Shown: in pieces, positions 43,060 through 52,085 of the stretch
Numbering within the stretch: the stretch's first letter is position 1
Layout of the letters: the number at the start of each line of letters is the position of its first letter
From: Minisyncoccota bacterium
GTDB taxonomy: Bacteria > Patescibacteriota > Minisyncoccia > Minisyncoccales > Minisyncoccaceae
DNA length: 64,000 nucleotides
NCBI GenBank assembly: GCA_041663305.1
Contig: JBAYMT010000003.1
Span: 17,949 to 81,948, forward strand
Direction: 5' to 3'
Notes under the pieces: generated by a model
The model's input: only the letters and a program-made list of their open reading frames with translations
What the model was told of the DNA's origin: nothing
The model's database searches: none
Translations under genes and position numbers: made by a program

Positions 43060-43797
43060 TTAGATTTCAGTTGCTTTATATGTTTTAAAAATATCCAATC
43101 CAAGTATTTGAGCTCGACTGATGACGCTTGGATCAAACTTTATCTTAAATTTATTAGAAGAATAAAATTCAACACTCTCAACTCCTCCCAGCTTTTCCAA
43201 ATCTCCAGTTACTAAAAATGCATGACCAGAACAAGGAAGATCAACAGAAATATCAAATGCTTCAATTGTATTATCAAAACCTGTTTGCTTTCCATTGGAC
43301 AATTCATCGCCTGATGTGTTTTTTGGCAAGTCTTTTTTTTGTTCATTAGAAGTCTTAGAAAAAACTTCATCAGGTGAAACATCATACCGTGTTTCCAGAT
43401 TTTGAATAGCTGTATTAATCGGTTTAATTCCTCCAACAATTGGCATTACATAATTAAAAAATAGGATATTTACTATTATGGTAGTTGAAAAAAGAATGAT
43501 CAAATAATTCCTTTTTGCAACAATTCCTTCCCACGATAAACTGTTAATCCTTCTTAGATAAAAGATTGCCGATATCAAAGCAAATAACAGAGATAAACCG
43601 ATCAACATTGGCATAAAATATGGCAACAATAAGAATTGTCTTAATACTTGCGTTGCAAAGGTAGCTCCGATAATAGAAAATACAACAAAAAGAATACAAA
43701 AAGAATGAGGAATTATTGCATACAATAATCCGCTCCAAAATCCATTTACATTTTTAGTTTTAACGCTGCAGCAATCTTTATTCTTTACATTTTCCAT
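43060..43797 (-). CDS. membrane protein with Cys/His motifs and C-terminal HMA-like (ferredoxin-fold) domain, putative metal handling
   Basis: N-terminal CCSV, IPHSFC in TM1, four TM helices. C-terminal FDISVDLPCSGHAFLVTGDLEKLGGVESVEF resembles an HMA domain with CSGH replacing CxxC. Sits between csoR and copA with 1- to 5-nt gaps. Confidence 0.5.
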   Translation of the reverse strand: MENVKNKDCCSVKTKNVNGFWSGLLYAIIPHSFCILFVVFSIIGATFATQVLRQFLLLPYFMPMLIGLSLLFALISAIFYLRRINSLSWEGIVAKRNYLIILFSTTIIVNILFFNYVMPIVGGIKPINTAIQNLETRYDVSPDEVFSKTSNEQKKDLPKNTSGDELSNGKQTGFDNTIEAFDISVDLPCSGHAFLVTGDLEKLGGVESVEFYSSNKFKIKFDPSVISRAQILGLDIFKTYKATEI

Positions 43798-43798
43798 A

Positions 43799-44068
43799 TT
43801 ATTTAGATAGTTTAGTCACTTTTAAAATTTCGGCAATCATCTCATTTTTTTTCTTTTCGTCATTTGAAGACATAGCGCTCTTAAAACAAGAACCGAGATG
43901 ATTCTCCATTATCATTTGATTGGCCGACTTTAATAACCCTATTACTGCTAAGTTCTGTTGCATAATATCAATACAGTATTCTCCGTCTTCCGTCATCTTA
44001 ATTATTTTTTCCAAAGAACTTCTAGCTTTTTTAAAATTTATCAATGATTTTTCATTTTTATTATCCAT
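43799..44068 (-). CDS. csoR: CsoR/RcnR-family metal-sensing repressor
   Basis: ARSSLEKIIKMTEDGEYCIDIMQQNLAVIGLLKSANQMIMENHLGSCF gives the C...H...C ligand pattern of the CsoR (DUF156) family. Confidence 0.8.
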   Translation of the reverse strand: MDNKNEKSLINFKKARSSLEKIIKMTEDGEYCIDIMQQNLAVIGLLKSANQMIMENHLGSCFKSAMSSNDEKKKNEMIAEILKVTKLSK

Positions 44069-44211
44069 ATATTTTAAAATTTAATGTTTTGTTATGAGCA
44101 GATATACCCCCACCATAGGTATAGGTACATAATACTGCTCTATCTTTAAGCTGTCAAGCAAATTTAAAAAGACTTGCCTTTCGGTAAGTCTGATATATTA
44201 AAAATTTTAAG

Positions 44212-45747
44212 CTATAGTGGCATAGTGCCATGCTTTTTAAGAGGCGCTCCTTCTCTTTTCATAGCCAATACCTCCAAACATTGTATTATTATTTTTCTGG
44301 TGTCTTTAGGGTCTATTATCATATCAACTTGCCCAAGCTTTGCCGCCTCAAAGGGGTCTAAGAATCTTTCCTTCATTTCTTCAATTTTTTCTTTTTCAGC
44401 TTTTGCTGGATTACTGCTTTCAGAAATTTCCTTTTTATATATTATTTTAACCGCTTGCTCAGCGCCCATAACGGCAATCTGGGCCATCGGCCAAGCTATA
44501 ACATTATCATACCCCAATCCCCTTGAAGCCAAGGCAATATAGGCTCCTCCAAAAGCTTTTCGCAAAATAATACTTATCTTAGGCACTGTCGCCTCGCTAT
44601 AGGCATACAATATCTTTGCCCCATGTCTTATTATCCCTTGGTGTTCCTGATTTGTTCCTGGCAGATATCCGGGAGTATCAACCAAATTTACCAGCGGGAT
44701 ATTAAAGGCATCGCAAAATCTTACAAATCTTGCAATCTTGTCCGAGGCATCAATATCCAAGACTCCAGCCATATACTTTACCTGATTAGCAACTACACCA
44801 ACAGTATTTCCGTTTATCTTTGCAAATCCAACAATAACGTTCAATGCAAAAGCTTTATGCACTTCAAAAAACGAATCATTGTCAAAAACCTTCCCTATCA
44901 CAAGTTTCATATCATATCCTTTTTCATTTTCTTCCGGTATCAATTCTAAAATATCATCAAGATACTCGTCCTCACCCTCGACTTCAATAAAATATTCTTC
45001 ACTATTATTCTGTGGAAGATAATCAAGAAAATTTTTAACGTCCTCGAAACATTCTTTTTCTGTTCTAGAAATAAAATGCGCGCATCCGCTTTTGGCCGTG
45101 TGTATATTTGCCCCACCAAGATCATCAAAACTCACATCTTCCCCCGTCACGCTTTTTATTATATCAGGACCAGTTATATACATCTGCGAAATCCCTTCAA
45201 CCATAAAAATAAAATCTGAAAGACCGGGCGCATAGCAAGCGCCACCGGCTGAAGGACCGACCATTATGCTTATTTGCGGAATGATTCCCGAAGATTTCAC
45301 CATTGCTCTAAAGATTTCAGCATACCCGTCTAAGCTGGTAACACCTTCTTGTATCCTTGCTCCTCCTGAATCTATTATTGAAATAACAGGACATCCTATC
45401 TTCTGGGCAAGCTCAATAATCTTTACTACTTTTTTCCCGTGCATTTCCCCTAAAGTTCCGCCACTGCGTGAAAAATCCTGGCTATACAAACAGACTTGGC
45501 GTCCATTTATCTTTGCAAAACCGCTAATAACACAATCTCCGGAATATCTTTTTTTATCCAAGCCAAAATCATTGAATCGCGTTTCAACAAAAGGATCAAG
45601 CTCTACAAAAGAATTTTTATCTACCAATAATTCTATTCTTTCTCTGGCATCAAGCTTTCCTTTTTCATGCTGTTTTCGGACAAATTCTTCGTTTATTTTT
45701 TCCAAGCTTTTCAGATTTAATTTTTTGATTTGTTTTTCAAATTTCAT
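44212..45747 (-). CDS. acyl-CoA carboxylase carboxyltransferase subunit (PccB / 12S type)
   Basis: GKLDARERIELL, FGLDKKRYSGDCVISG, GGTLGEMHG, IIDSGGARIQEG. Full fused beta-alpha CT domain. Confidence 0.9.
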   Translation of the reverse strand: MKFEKQIKKLNLKSLEKINEEFVRKQHEKGKLDARERIELLVDKNSFVELDPFVETRFNDFGLDKKRYSGDCVISGFAKINGRQVCLYSQDFSRSGGTLGEMHGKKVVKIIELAQKIGCPVISIIDSGGARIQEGVTSLDGYAEIFRAMVKSSGIIPQISIMVGPSAGGACYAPGLSDFIFMVEGISQMYITGPDIIKSVTGEDVSFDDLGGANIHTAKSGCAHFISRTEKECFEDVKNFLDYLPQNNSEEYFIEVEGEDEYLDDILELIPEENEKGYDMKLVIGKVFDNDSFFEVHKAFALNVIVGFAKINGNTVGVVANQVKYMAGVLDIDASDKIARFVRFCDAFNIPLVNLVDTPGYLPGTNQEHQGIIRHGAKILYAYSEATVPKISIILRKAFGGAYIALASRGLGYDNVIAWPMAQIAVMGAEQAVKIIYKKEISESSNPAKAEKEKIEEMKERFLDPFEAAKLGQVDMIIDPKDTRKIIIQCLEVLAMKREGAPLKKHGTMPL

Positions 45748-45753
45748 ATAAAA

Positions 45754-46287
45754 TTAAATTGTTATTTCATTAAAATAATATCTCATATTTTCAATAACTT
45801 TCTCAACAATTTTATCATTATCCACTGCAACTCCTAATTCATTTGAAACAGAAGTCGCTATTCTGGATAATTCATCGGGGAAATAGTCTATGTTCGTATC
45901 AATGCCTATCCCAATAACAGAATTTATATCATTTCCCTTAATTACGTTCTCGGTAAGTATTCCGCAAAACTTTTTCCCATTTACAAAAACATCATTCGGC
46001 AATTTTATCATCGGCTCCAAGTCAAACTCCTCTTTAATTGCGCTCGCAACAGCAAAAGCTGAAAGTAAGGTCAATATTTGCAGATCTTTGATATTTGCAG
46101 GAGGCAGAATAACTGAAAAATATAATCCCCCTTCCGGAGAAAACCAATCTTTCCCTCTGGTGCCATGTCCAGACCCCTGTTTCTTTGCAACAACCACCGT
46201 CCATGGTTCGCAACCTTGTTCAATCATTTTCCTCGCCTCCAAATTGGTAGAAGGAAGCTCTTCAAATTCAATTACTCCTTTTTTCAT
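45754..46287 (-). CDS. birA: biotin--protein ligase, catalytic core only
   Basis: KKQGSGHGTRGKDWFSPEGGLYFSV fits the GRGRxGRxWxSxxGxLYxS motif. No HTH or C-terminal domain. Confidence 0.8.
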   Translation of the reverse strand: MKKGVIEFEELPSTNLEARKMIEQGCEPWTVVVAKKQGSGHGTRGKDWFSPEGGLYFSVILPPANIKDLQILTLLSAFAVASAIKEEFDLEPMIKLPNDVFVNGKKFCGILTENVIKGNDINSVIGIGIDTNIDYFPDELSRIATSVSNELGVAVDNDKIVEKVIENMRYYFNEITI

Positions 46288-46290
46288 AAC

Positions 46291-46680
46291 CTATTCAAAA
46301 ATAACTAATATTTCGCCTTCCCTTACTGTTTTGTTGGGCCTTATCAAAACTTTCTTTATTTTTCCATCTGTTTCAGAAAATATTTCATTTTCCATTTTCA
46401 TCGCAAGCAGGGTTAAAATTTTTTGCCCCGCTTTTATGTTGTCTCCATCCTTCACATATACCTCAGAAACCTCGCCTGCAATCGCAGCCTTCAGTTCTTT
46501 TTTTAACTGTACTTTTTGCTGCTTCGCAAACTCACTGACATTTTTATTCTTCCCTGTTTCCTTTTTTACCTTATCAAAATCGAAAGACCTTTCTCCAACC
46601 TTTACTGATACTTTATCACTCCCCTTTTCAAAAATTCTGATATTATATATTTTTCCTTTTATCTTTATATCAAAATCCAT
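46291..46680 (-). CDS. accB: biotin carboxyl carrier protein
   Basis: Biotinyl domain with LLAMKMENEI (AMKM biotinylation motif). Confidence 0.85.
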   Translation of the reverse strand: MDFDIKIKGKIYNIRIFEKGSDKVSVKVGERSFDFDKVKKETGKNKNVSEFAKQQKVQLKKELKAAIAGEVSEVYVKDGDNIKAGQKILTLLAMKMENEIFSETDGKIKKVLIRPNKTVREGEILVIFE

Positions 46681-46686
46681 AATAGT

Positions 46687-48210
46687 TTAAATTCCAAATT
46701 TTAAGTAATCTTTCCAAGCCGACTTTCTTCCATTCTTTTTAAAATCTCCCTTCTTTATGTTTTTATAAATATGAAAAACCAAATTAGCCAATTCTTCCTC
46801 CTCTACTGATGATTGGTATGTTTCTGTTTTTATAAGAGGGCGGCAAGCCAATTGATTTAATATTCCAGTTTTTTCAATAAAGTTCGTATAAAAATCTCCT
46901 TTTATAAAATCCATATTCTCCAAGACTAAATCAAAAAACGGAATAGTGGTTGAAACCCCCTCAATAATAGTTTCATCAAGTGATCTTTTAAGCTTGTTGA
47001 TAGCTTCTTCCCGAGTCTTCCCCCAAACAATTACTTTGGCCAATAATGAGTCAAAGAACGGGTAAATATTCTGGCCTTCGTGCAAAAAACTATGCACAAA
47101 TACTCCTTGTCCTTGAGCGGGAATATATTTCCGTATTATTCCAGGAGCAGGTTGGAAATTTTTGAAAGGGTCTTCAGAATTAACCCTTACCTCTATTGCC
47201 CATCCGTTTAAAACAATATCCTTTTGTTTCAAAATCAGTTTTTCTCCCTGGGCAATGCGTATCTGCTGCTCAACAATATCTATTCCTGTAATTGCTTCTG
47301 TAATCGGATGCTCAACTTGTATTCGGGGATTAACTTCCATAAAATAAAAATTTTTTTCACTATCAACCAAAAACTCAACTGTTGCAGCTCCATGATATTT
47401 TACCTCTTTGCATATCTTGGTAGCCCAATTGCCCATTCTTTCCCTTATATTCTCACTTATAAAAGACGATGGAGCTTCCTCAATCAGCTTCTGAAATCTT
47501 CGCTGAATGGTGCAATCCCTTTCACCCAAATAAACAGCATTTTCACCGTCCGATAAAATTTGGAATTCGATATGTCTTGCCTCTGGCAAATACTTTTCTA
47601 AAAAGAAATCGACATCAGAAAAACCCATAGACATTTGCTTCTGTATGCTCAAGGTTGCCGCAAATAATTCGCCGCTTGTAGCCTGCCCGTCAATAACTCT
47701 TATTCCCATACCTCCTCCTCCTCTTTGGGCTTTTAATATGAATGGGGGTTTTATTTTTTTAGCAGCCTCTAAAAGTTCTTTTTTTGTCTTTATAGTAGAA
47801 TCGCTGGCAGGCAATGTGGGAATGCCTATTTTTTTTGCAATTTTTTTTGCCTCAATCTTATCCTCAAACTTTCTTAAAACATTGCTATTCGGACCAATAA
47901 AAATTATTTTACTCTTCTCGCATTCAAGTGCAAACTTAGAATTCTCTGCCAAAAAACCGTACCCAGGATGTATTGCATCAACTTTCTTCTCTTTTGCAAC
48001 TTCAATAATCCGCTTGATATCCAAATACCCCTGAGACCCATCTCTTTCTAAAAAACAATATTCGTCAGCTAGTCTTGTTTCAAGGAAATTATCTTCCATT
48101 CCTCTTTTAGGACACAAAGCAACCGTTTTAATTCCCATCTCCTTGCACGTCCTTATAATTCGCAAAGCTATCTCTCCTCTATTTGCAATTAATATTTTAC
48201 TTATCTTCAT
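46687..48210 (-). CDS. accC: biotin carboxylase
   Basis: KILIANRGEIALRIIRT, HPGYGFLAEN, GGGGMGIRV, EVNPRIQVEHPITE. Confidence 0.95.
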   Translation of the reverse strand: MKISKILIANRGEIALRIIRTCKEMGIKTVALCPKRGMEDNFLETRLADEYCFLERDGSQGYLDIKRIIEVAKEKKVDAIHPGYGFLAENSKFALECEKSKIIFIGPNSNVLRKFEDKIEAKKIAKKIGIPTLPASDSTIKTKKELLEAAKKIKPPFILKAQRGGGGMGIRVIDGQATSGELFAATLSIQKQMSMGFSDVDFFLEKYLPEARHIEFQILSDGENAVYLGERDCTIQRRFQKLIEEAPSSFISENIRERMGNWATKICKEVKYHGAATVEFLVDSEKNFYFMEVNPRIQVEHPITEAITGIDIVEQQIRIAQGEKLILKQKDIVLNGWAIEVRVNSEDPFKNFQPAPGIIRKYIPAQGQGVFVHSFLHEGQNIYPFFDSLLAKVIVWGKTREEAINKLKRSLDETIIEGVSTTIPFFDLVLENMDFIKGDFYTNFIEKTGILNQLACRPLIKTETYQSSVEEEELANLVFHIYKNIKKGDFKKNGRKSAWKDYLKFGI

Positions 48211-48859
48211 AAGACAGTTGTTTTATCGAGTCCATTAATTTATCTGTAATAACTATGCAAATTTCTTTATATTCATCACTCTCTGTATCCAAGCTTCTAG
48301 CCTTCTCAAAATAATCCTTAAAATCTAGCGCCTTTCCAATAGTAAATGTAATATTTCTTCTAATCTTCATTTTCCCTTTTGGAGGAAACAGTTCATAAGC
48401 TCCACTTATTCTAGCTGGGACTATTGGCACTCCTGTCTGTAAAAAAAGTTTCGCAACTCCCCACTTTCCCTTTTGGATTGCTCCATCCAAGCTTCGTTTG
48501 CCCTCTGGATAAATAATAAGAGAATATCCGTTCAGTAAATGTTCTTTTGCCAAATTTACAGCATTTCTTTTTGAATCTTCACTATTTCGATTAAGCCTTA
48601 TCACCCCGCCAAAAAGATACACAGCATCTCTTAAAAAGGCTAAAATGCCTCTTCCTTTATCTACTTGTCCTACGAACACAAATTTCCTTGGAAGACAAAC
48701 ATAAGCAGAAATCACTATGTCCAAATAGCTTTGGTGATTAGAAGCTAATATGAAGTTGGTTTCTGGAAGATTTTTCTTGCCCTCTATTTTTTTTATCAAT
48801 AGAATATTTACAATTGGAGCCAAAAAAATCTTGCAAAAATATGATGTAAATCTGTTCAT
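48197..48859 (-). CDS. plsC: 1-acyl-sn-glycerol-3-phosphate acyltransferase
   Basis: NHQSYLD (HX4D), IYPEGKRS. 14-nt overlap with accC. Confidence 0.85.
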   Translation of the reverse strand: MNRFTSYFCKIFLAPIVNILLIKKIEGKKNLPETNFILASNHQSYLDIVISAYVCLPRKFVFVGQVDKGRGILAFLRDAVYLFGGVIRLNRNSEDSKRNAVNLAKEHLLNGYSLIIYPEGKRSLDGAIQKGKWGVAKLFLQTGVPIVPARISGAYELFPPKGKMKIRRNITFTIGKALDFKDYFEKARSLDTESDEYKEICIVITDKLMDSIKQLSYEDK

Positions 48860-48864
48860 AATAA

Positions 48865-49806
48865 TTACTTCAAAAAATTATTCCCAGATTTCAATAATTC
48901 TTCTGCCCCAGAAATTATTTCCTCTATAACCTCGCTGCAGGTCTTGACCTCGCTTATTCCTCCCGCATCAATACCCGAAAGAATAGGTATAAGATCTATA
49001 TTTGCTGTTCCTTTATTCCCAGCAAATCTTTCCGAATTTATTTCTTCTGGGAAGGGATTTTTCTCTTCCATCTTTTTTAAATTTTCAGTAAGCTTATTTC
49101 TAATTGCCCTTATGGGGTGTCCAGTAAATCTTCCGATTACGGTTACGTCTTCATCTGTTGCGTCGATAATCGCTTTTTTATAGTTATCATGTATTGGACA
49201 TTCTTTAGTTGCCATAAATCTTGTCCCGATTTGCACCCCCTCCGCTCCCAGTAAAAAAGCTGCAGCAAAAGTTCGGGCATCATATATTCCTCCGGCAGCA
49301 ATAACGGGAATATCTTTTATAACGTTTGAAGCTTGTGGAACTAAGCAAAAAGTAGTGTTTTCGCCAATGTGCCCGCCCGACTCCAAACCTTCCACCACGA
49401 CTGCATCCATACCGCTCTGTTCCATTTTCTTAGCCAATCTTACGGTTGGCACTACTGGAATCACTTTTATGCCCGACTGCTTAAAATATGAAGCAACCGG
49501 CAATGGGTTTCCTCCTCCAGTAAAAACTACTGGCACTTTTTCGGCAATTATCGCTTTAACAAGCTCGGCAACATTAGGATTTTGCATCAAAAGGTTTACT
49601 CCAAAAGGTTTGTCAGTCAATTGTTTTGTTTTCTTGATTTCTTCAAGTAACCACGAAGGTGATGCAAAACCAGATCCTATTACTCCCAACCCTCCAGCGT
49701 TCGAAACAGCTGCAGTAAGCGAAGAATCAGAAACCCCAGCCATGCCTCCTTGAATTATCGGATATTTTATATTTAAAAGTTTTACGAGTCTATTATTTTC
49801 AAACAT
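48865..49806 (-). CDS. fabK: FabK-type (NMO/FMN) enoyl reductase
   Basis: YPIIQGGMAGVSD, KPFGVNL, ESGGHIG, IPVIAAGGI, GTRF. Collinear with streptococcal FabK as I recall it. Confidence 0.8.
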   Translation of the reverse strand: MFENNRLVKLLNIKYPIIQGGMAGVSDSSLTAAVSNAGGLGVIGSGFASPSWLLEEIKKTKQLTDKPFGVNLLMQNPNVAELVKAIIAEKVPVVFTGGGNPLPVASYFKQSGIKVIPVVPTVRLAKKMEQSGMDAVVVEGLESGGHIGENTTFCLVPQASNVIKDIPVIAAGGIYDARTFAAAFLLGAEGVQIGTRFMATKECPIHDNYKKAIIDATDEDVTVIGRFTGHPIRAIRNKLTENLKKMEEKNPFPEEINSERFAGNKGTANIDLIPILSGIDAGGISEVKTCSEVIEEIISGAEELLKSGNNFLK

Positions 49807-49810
49807 AGTT

Positions 49811-51328
49811 TTAAGTATTTTGGACTAAAGGCTCTTTGGCCAAAATTTGATTTGCCTGCTCGACCAATTCATTGATTAATTTTTTTACGCTCACGATTTC
49901 TTTTATCCTAAAAGCATTACTTCCAGCAAACACCAGACCATTTTCCATATCTCCCATTCTGGCATTTTCCAAAGCTTTCAAAATGCAATAGCTCTTATTA
50001 CAAACCGGTCCTATACACCCTTCGCACTCACTAGGATTAACCTTAGGAGCACTGCCGCTTAAAAGCTTTTCCACAAACCTATTTTTAATTGCACGTCCCG
50101 GTAATCCAACAGGCGATTTTATTATAACCAAATCTTTTTCGCTTGCAGTCAAATAAGCTTCTTTAAATTTTTTATCCGCATCGCACTCATCAGTAGCCAC
50201 AAAACGAGTAGCCATCTGAACACCTTTTGCTCCCGCGCGCAACATTTCAACTATATCTTTTCCGTCAAATATTCCACCAGCAGCAATAACAGGAATTTTT
50301 ATTGCGCCGACAGTCTCTTTGATTATATCTATTGTTTTTCTAAAAGGATGCCCCTCTGGAAATCCTAAATGTCCCCCCGCGTCACATCCTTCAATAACAA
50401 CTGCGCTAGCTCCAGCGTCTTCAGCTTTCTTTGCCACCTTGGCCGAAGATGCGATTATGAAAACCGGAACATTATATTTTTTTGCCATTTCAAAAATATC
50501 ATTTCTAAATCCTGCTCCTTGAATTACCAAATCTATTCCTTCCTCCATTGCGGCTTGGAGTAAATTTTGAAACTGCCCCACAACACCCATTATATTTATT
50601 CCGATCATTCCATCTTTTCCTGCAATCTCTCTTGCTTTCCTTATCTCGCTTTTAACCTCCTGTATGTCTTTCATTCCCGAAACCGCAATAATTCCTATCC
50701 CTCCCTCTTTTGCAACATTCCCTGCCAATTTATGTAGCGAAACTCTAACCGCCATTCCTCCCTGAATTATCGGGAATTTCGAAAAAACCTTTCCTATTTT
50801 CAAAGAAGGCAAATGATTCATCTTAACTGCGCTTTCTTCATTTTTTCCAGAGTCTCTTTCTTTTATTTCCTTTGCCTTTCCTTCCAATTCTTTCTTATCA
50901 ATTATCGCAACGCTAAACCTTACCTCACACTTCTTACTATTGTTGCAATACGCCTCGCCGATGAAATTCGCGATCTTTCCGCCATATATTCCCAGCATCC
51001 TAACCCGATACTCAATTCTGCTTCCAGGCAGTATTATTTCGTAGAAGAAAGCGCTTCTCACTTGGTATGCAAGAAGGTGGCTCTGCTTACCCTGTTCACC
51101 CAGCTTCTCGCGAAGCAATATAGTTCCAGTTTGGGCTATTCCCTCTACCACCAAAACTCCCGGCATCAAAGAAAAATCAACAAAATGACTCTTGAAATAA
51201 TCGTCATTTTCAGAAGTTTGTTTATACGCAACAATATAATTTTCTTCTAGTTTTTCCACGCAATCAACCCAAAGGAAAGAATCACCATACGGTATTAATT
51301 TTTTAACCTGTTCTTTTGTGTAAAGCAT
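49811..51328 (-). CDS. fusion: FabZ-like hotdog dehydratase + NMO/FabK-like reductase with C-terminal Cys cluster
   Basis: N-terminus LIPYGDSFLWVDCV...DDYFKSHFVDFSLMPGVLVVEGIAQTG (FabZ His/Glu motif). Then FPIIQGGMAVRVS...DAGGHLG...IPVIAAGGI...ATRF. Tail is CEGCIGPVCNKSYC. Confidence 0.8.
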   Translation of the reverse strand: MLYTKEQVKKLIPYGDSFLWVDCVEKLEENYIVAYKQTSENDDYFKSHFVDFSLMPGVLVVEGIAQTGTILLREKLGEQGKQSHLLAYQVRSAFFYEIILPGSRIEYRVRMLGIYGGKIANFIGEAYCNNSKKCEVRFSVAIIDKKELEGKAKEIKERDSGKNEESAVKMNHLPSLKIGKVFSKFPIIQGGMAVRVSLHKLAGNVAKEGGIGIIAVSGMKDIQEVKSEIRKAREIAGKDGMIGINIMGVVGQFQNLLQAAMEEGIDLVIQGAGFRNDIFEMAKKYNVPVFIIASSAKVAKKAEDAGASAVVIEGCDAGGHLGFPEGHPFRKTIDIIKETVGAIKIPVIAAGGIFDGKDIVEMLRAGAKGVQMATRFVATDECDADKKFKEAYLTASEKDLVIIKSPVGLPGRAIKNRFVEKLLSGSAPKVNPSECEGCIGPVCNKSYCILKALENARMGDMENGLVFAGSNAFRIKEIVSVKKLINELVEQANQILAKEPLVQNT

Positions 51329-51336
51329 AATGATAA

Positions 51337-52074
51337 CTATATAGATAAGCCCCCATCAACATTTATTACCGAACCAGTAATGAAGCTTGATTCATCCGAA
51401 ATTAAAAACGCAACAGTGTTTGCAACTTCCTCCGGTTTTCCGAATCTTCCCAGTGAAGTCAGCCTTTTAACAGCTATTTTCATTTCCTCTGGAATCGCTT
51501 CCGCCATTTTAGTTTCAATAAACCCTGGAGCAATAGCGTTTACTCTCACCCCCAACTTGCCCACCTCTTTCGACAAAGACTTAGTAAGCCCTATTATTCC
51601 CGCTTTGCTGGCCGCATAATTTGTTTGACCAAAATTACCCCTCTGTCCAACAATCGATGAAATGCTTACAATGCTTCCTTTATTCAAAACTATTAAAGGC
51701 AATAAAGCTTTTGTAACATTGAACACTCCTGTCAAATTTATATCAATAACGCGCTGCCATTCTTCGCTAGTCATTTTGGCTAAAGTTCTGTCTTGGGTAA
51801 TTCCAGCATTATTTACCAAAGAATCCAATTTTCCAATTTTTTCTTCAATCTGTTTTGCCATATTTTCTACCTGGTCATATTTGGAAACATCGGCAACAAA
51901 CACCTCTGCCTTTCCACCAGCGTTTTTTATTTCTTCTGCCAGCGCATCCAAATTTTCTTTTTGTCTATCTATATCATTAAGAACCACTTGCGCCCCTAAG
52001 GAAGACAATTTTAATGCTATTACCTTGCCTATTCCCTGAGATGCTCCTGTTATTAGGACTGTTTTGTTTTTCAT
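51337..52074 (-). CDS. fabG: 3-oxoacyl reductase (SDR)
   Basis: TGASQGIGK, NNAG, and the S...YAASK catalytic triad. 245 aa. Confidence 0.9.
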   Translation of the reverse strand: MKNKTVLITGASQGIGKVIALKLSSLGAQVVLNDIDRQKENLDALAEEIKNAGGKAEVFVADVSKYDQVENMAKQIEEKIGKLDSLVNNAGITQDRTLAKMTSEEWQRVIDINLTGVFNVTKALLPLIVLNKGSIVSISSIVGQRGNFGQTNYAASKAGIIGLTKSLSKEVGKLGVRVNAIAPGFIETKMAEAIPEEMKIAVKRLTSLGRFGKPEEVANTVAFLISDESSFITGSVINVDGGLSI

Positions 52075-52085
52075 TTTTTTATTTT

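Noticed and set aside
45890-46690. 266-aa plus-strand ORF antisense to birA/BCCP, with similar long antisense ORFs at 60080..60670, 44174..44542, 45266..45751, 47645..48034 and 49355..49753
   Set aside because: All are antisense to genes with unambiguous catalytic motifs. Their Ser/Phe/Ile-rich low-complexity composition is typical of shadow ORFs in AT-rich DNA.
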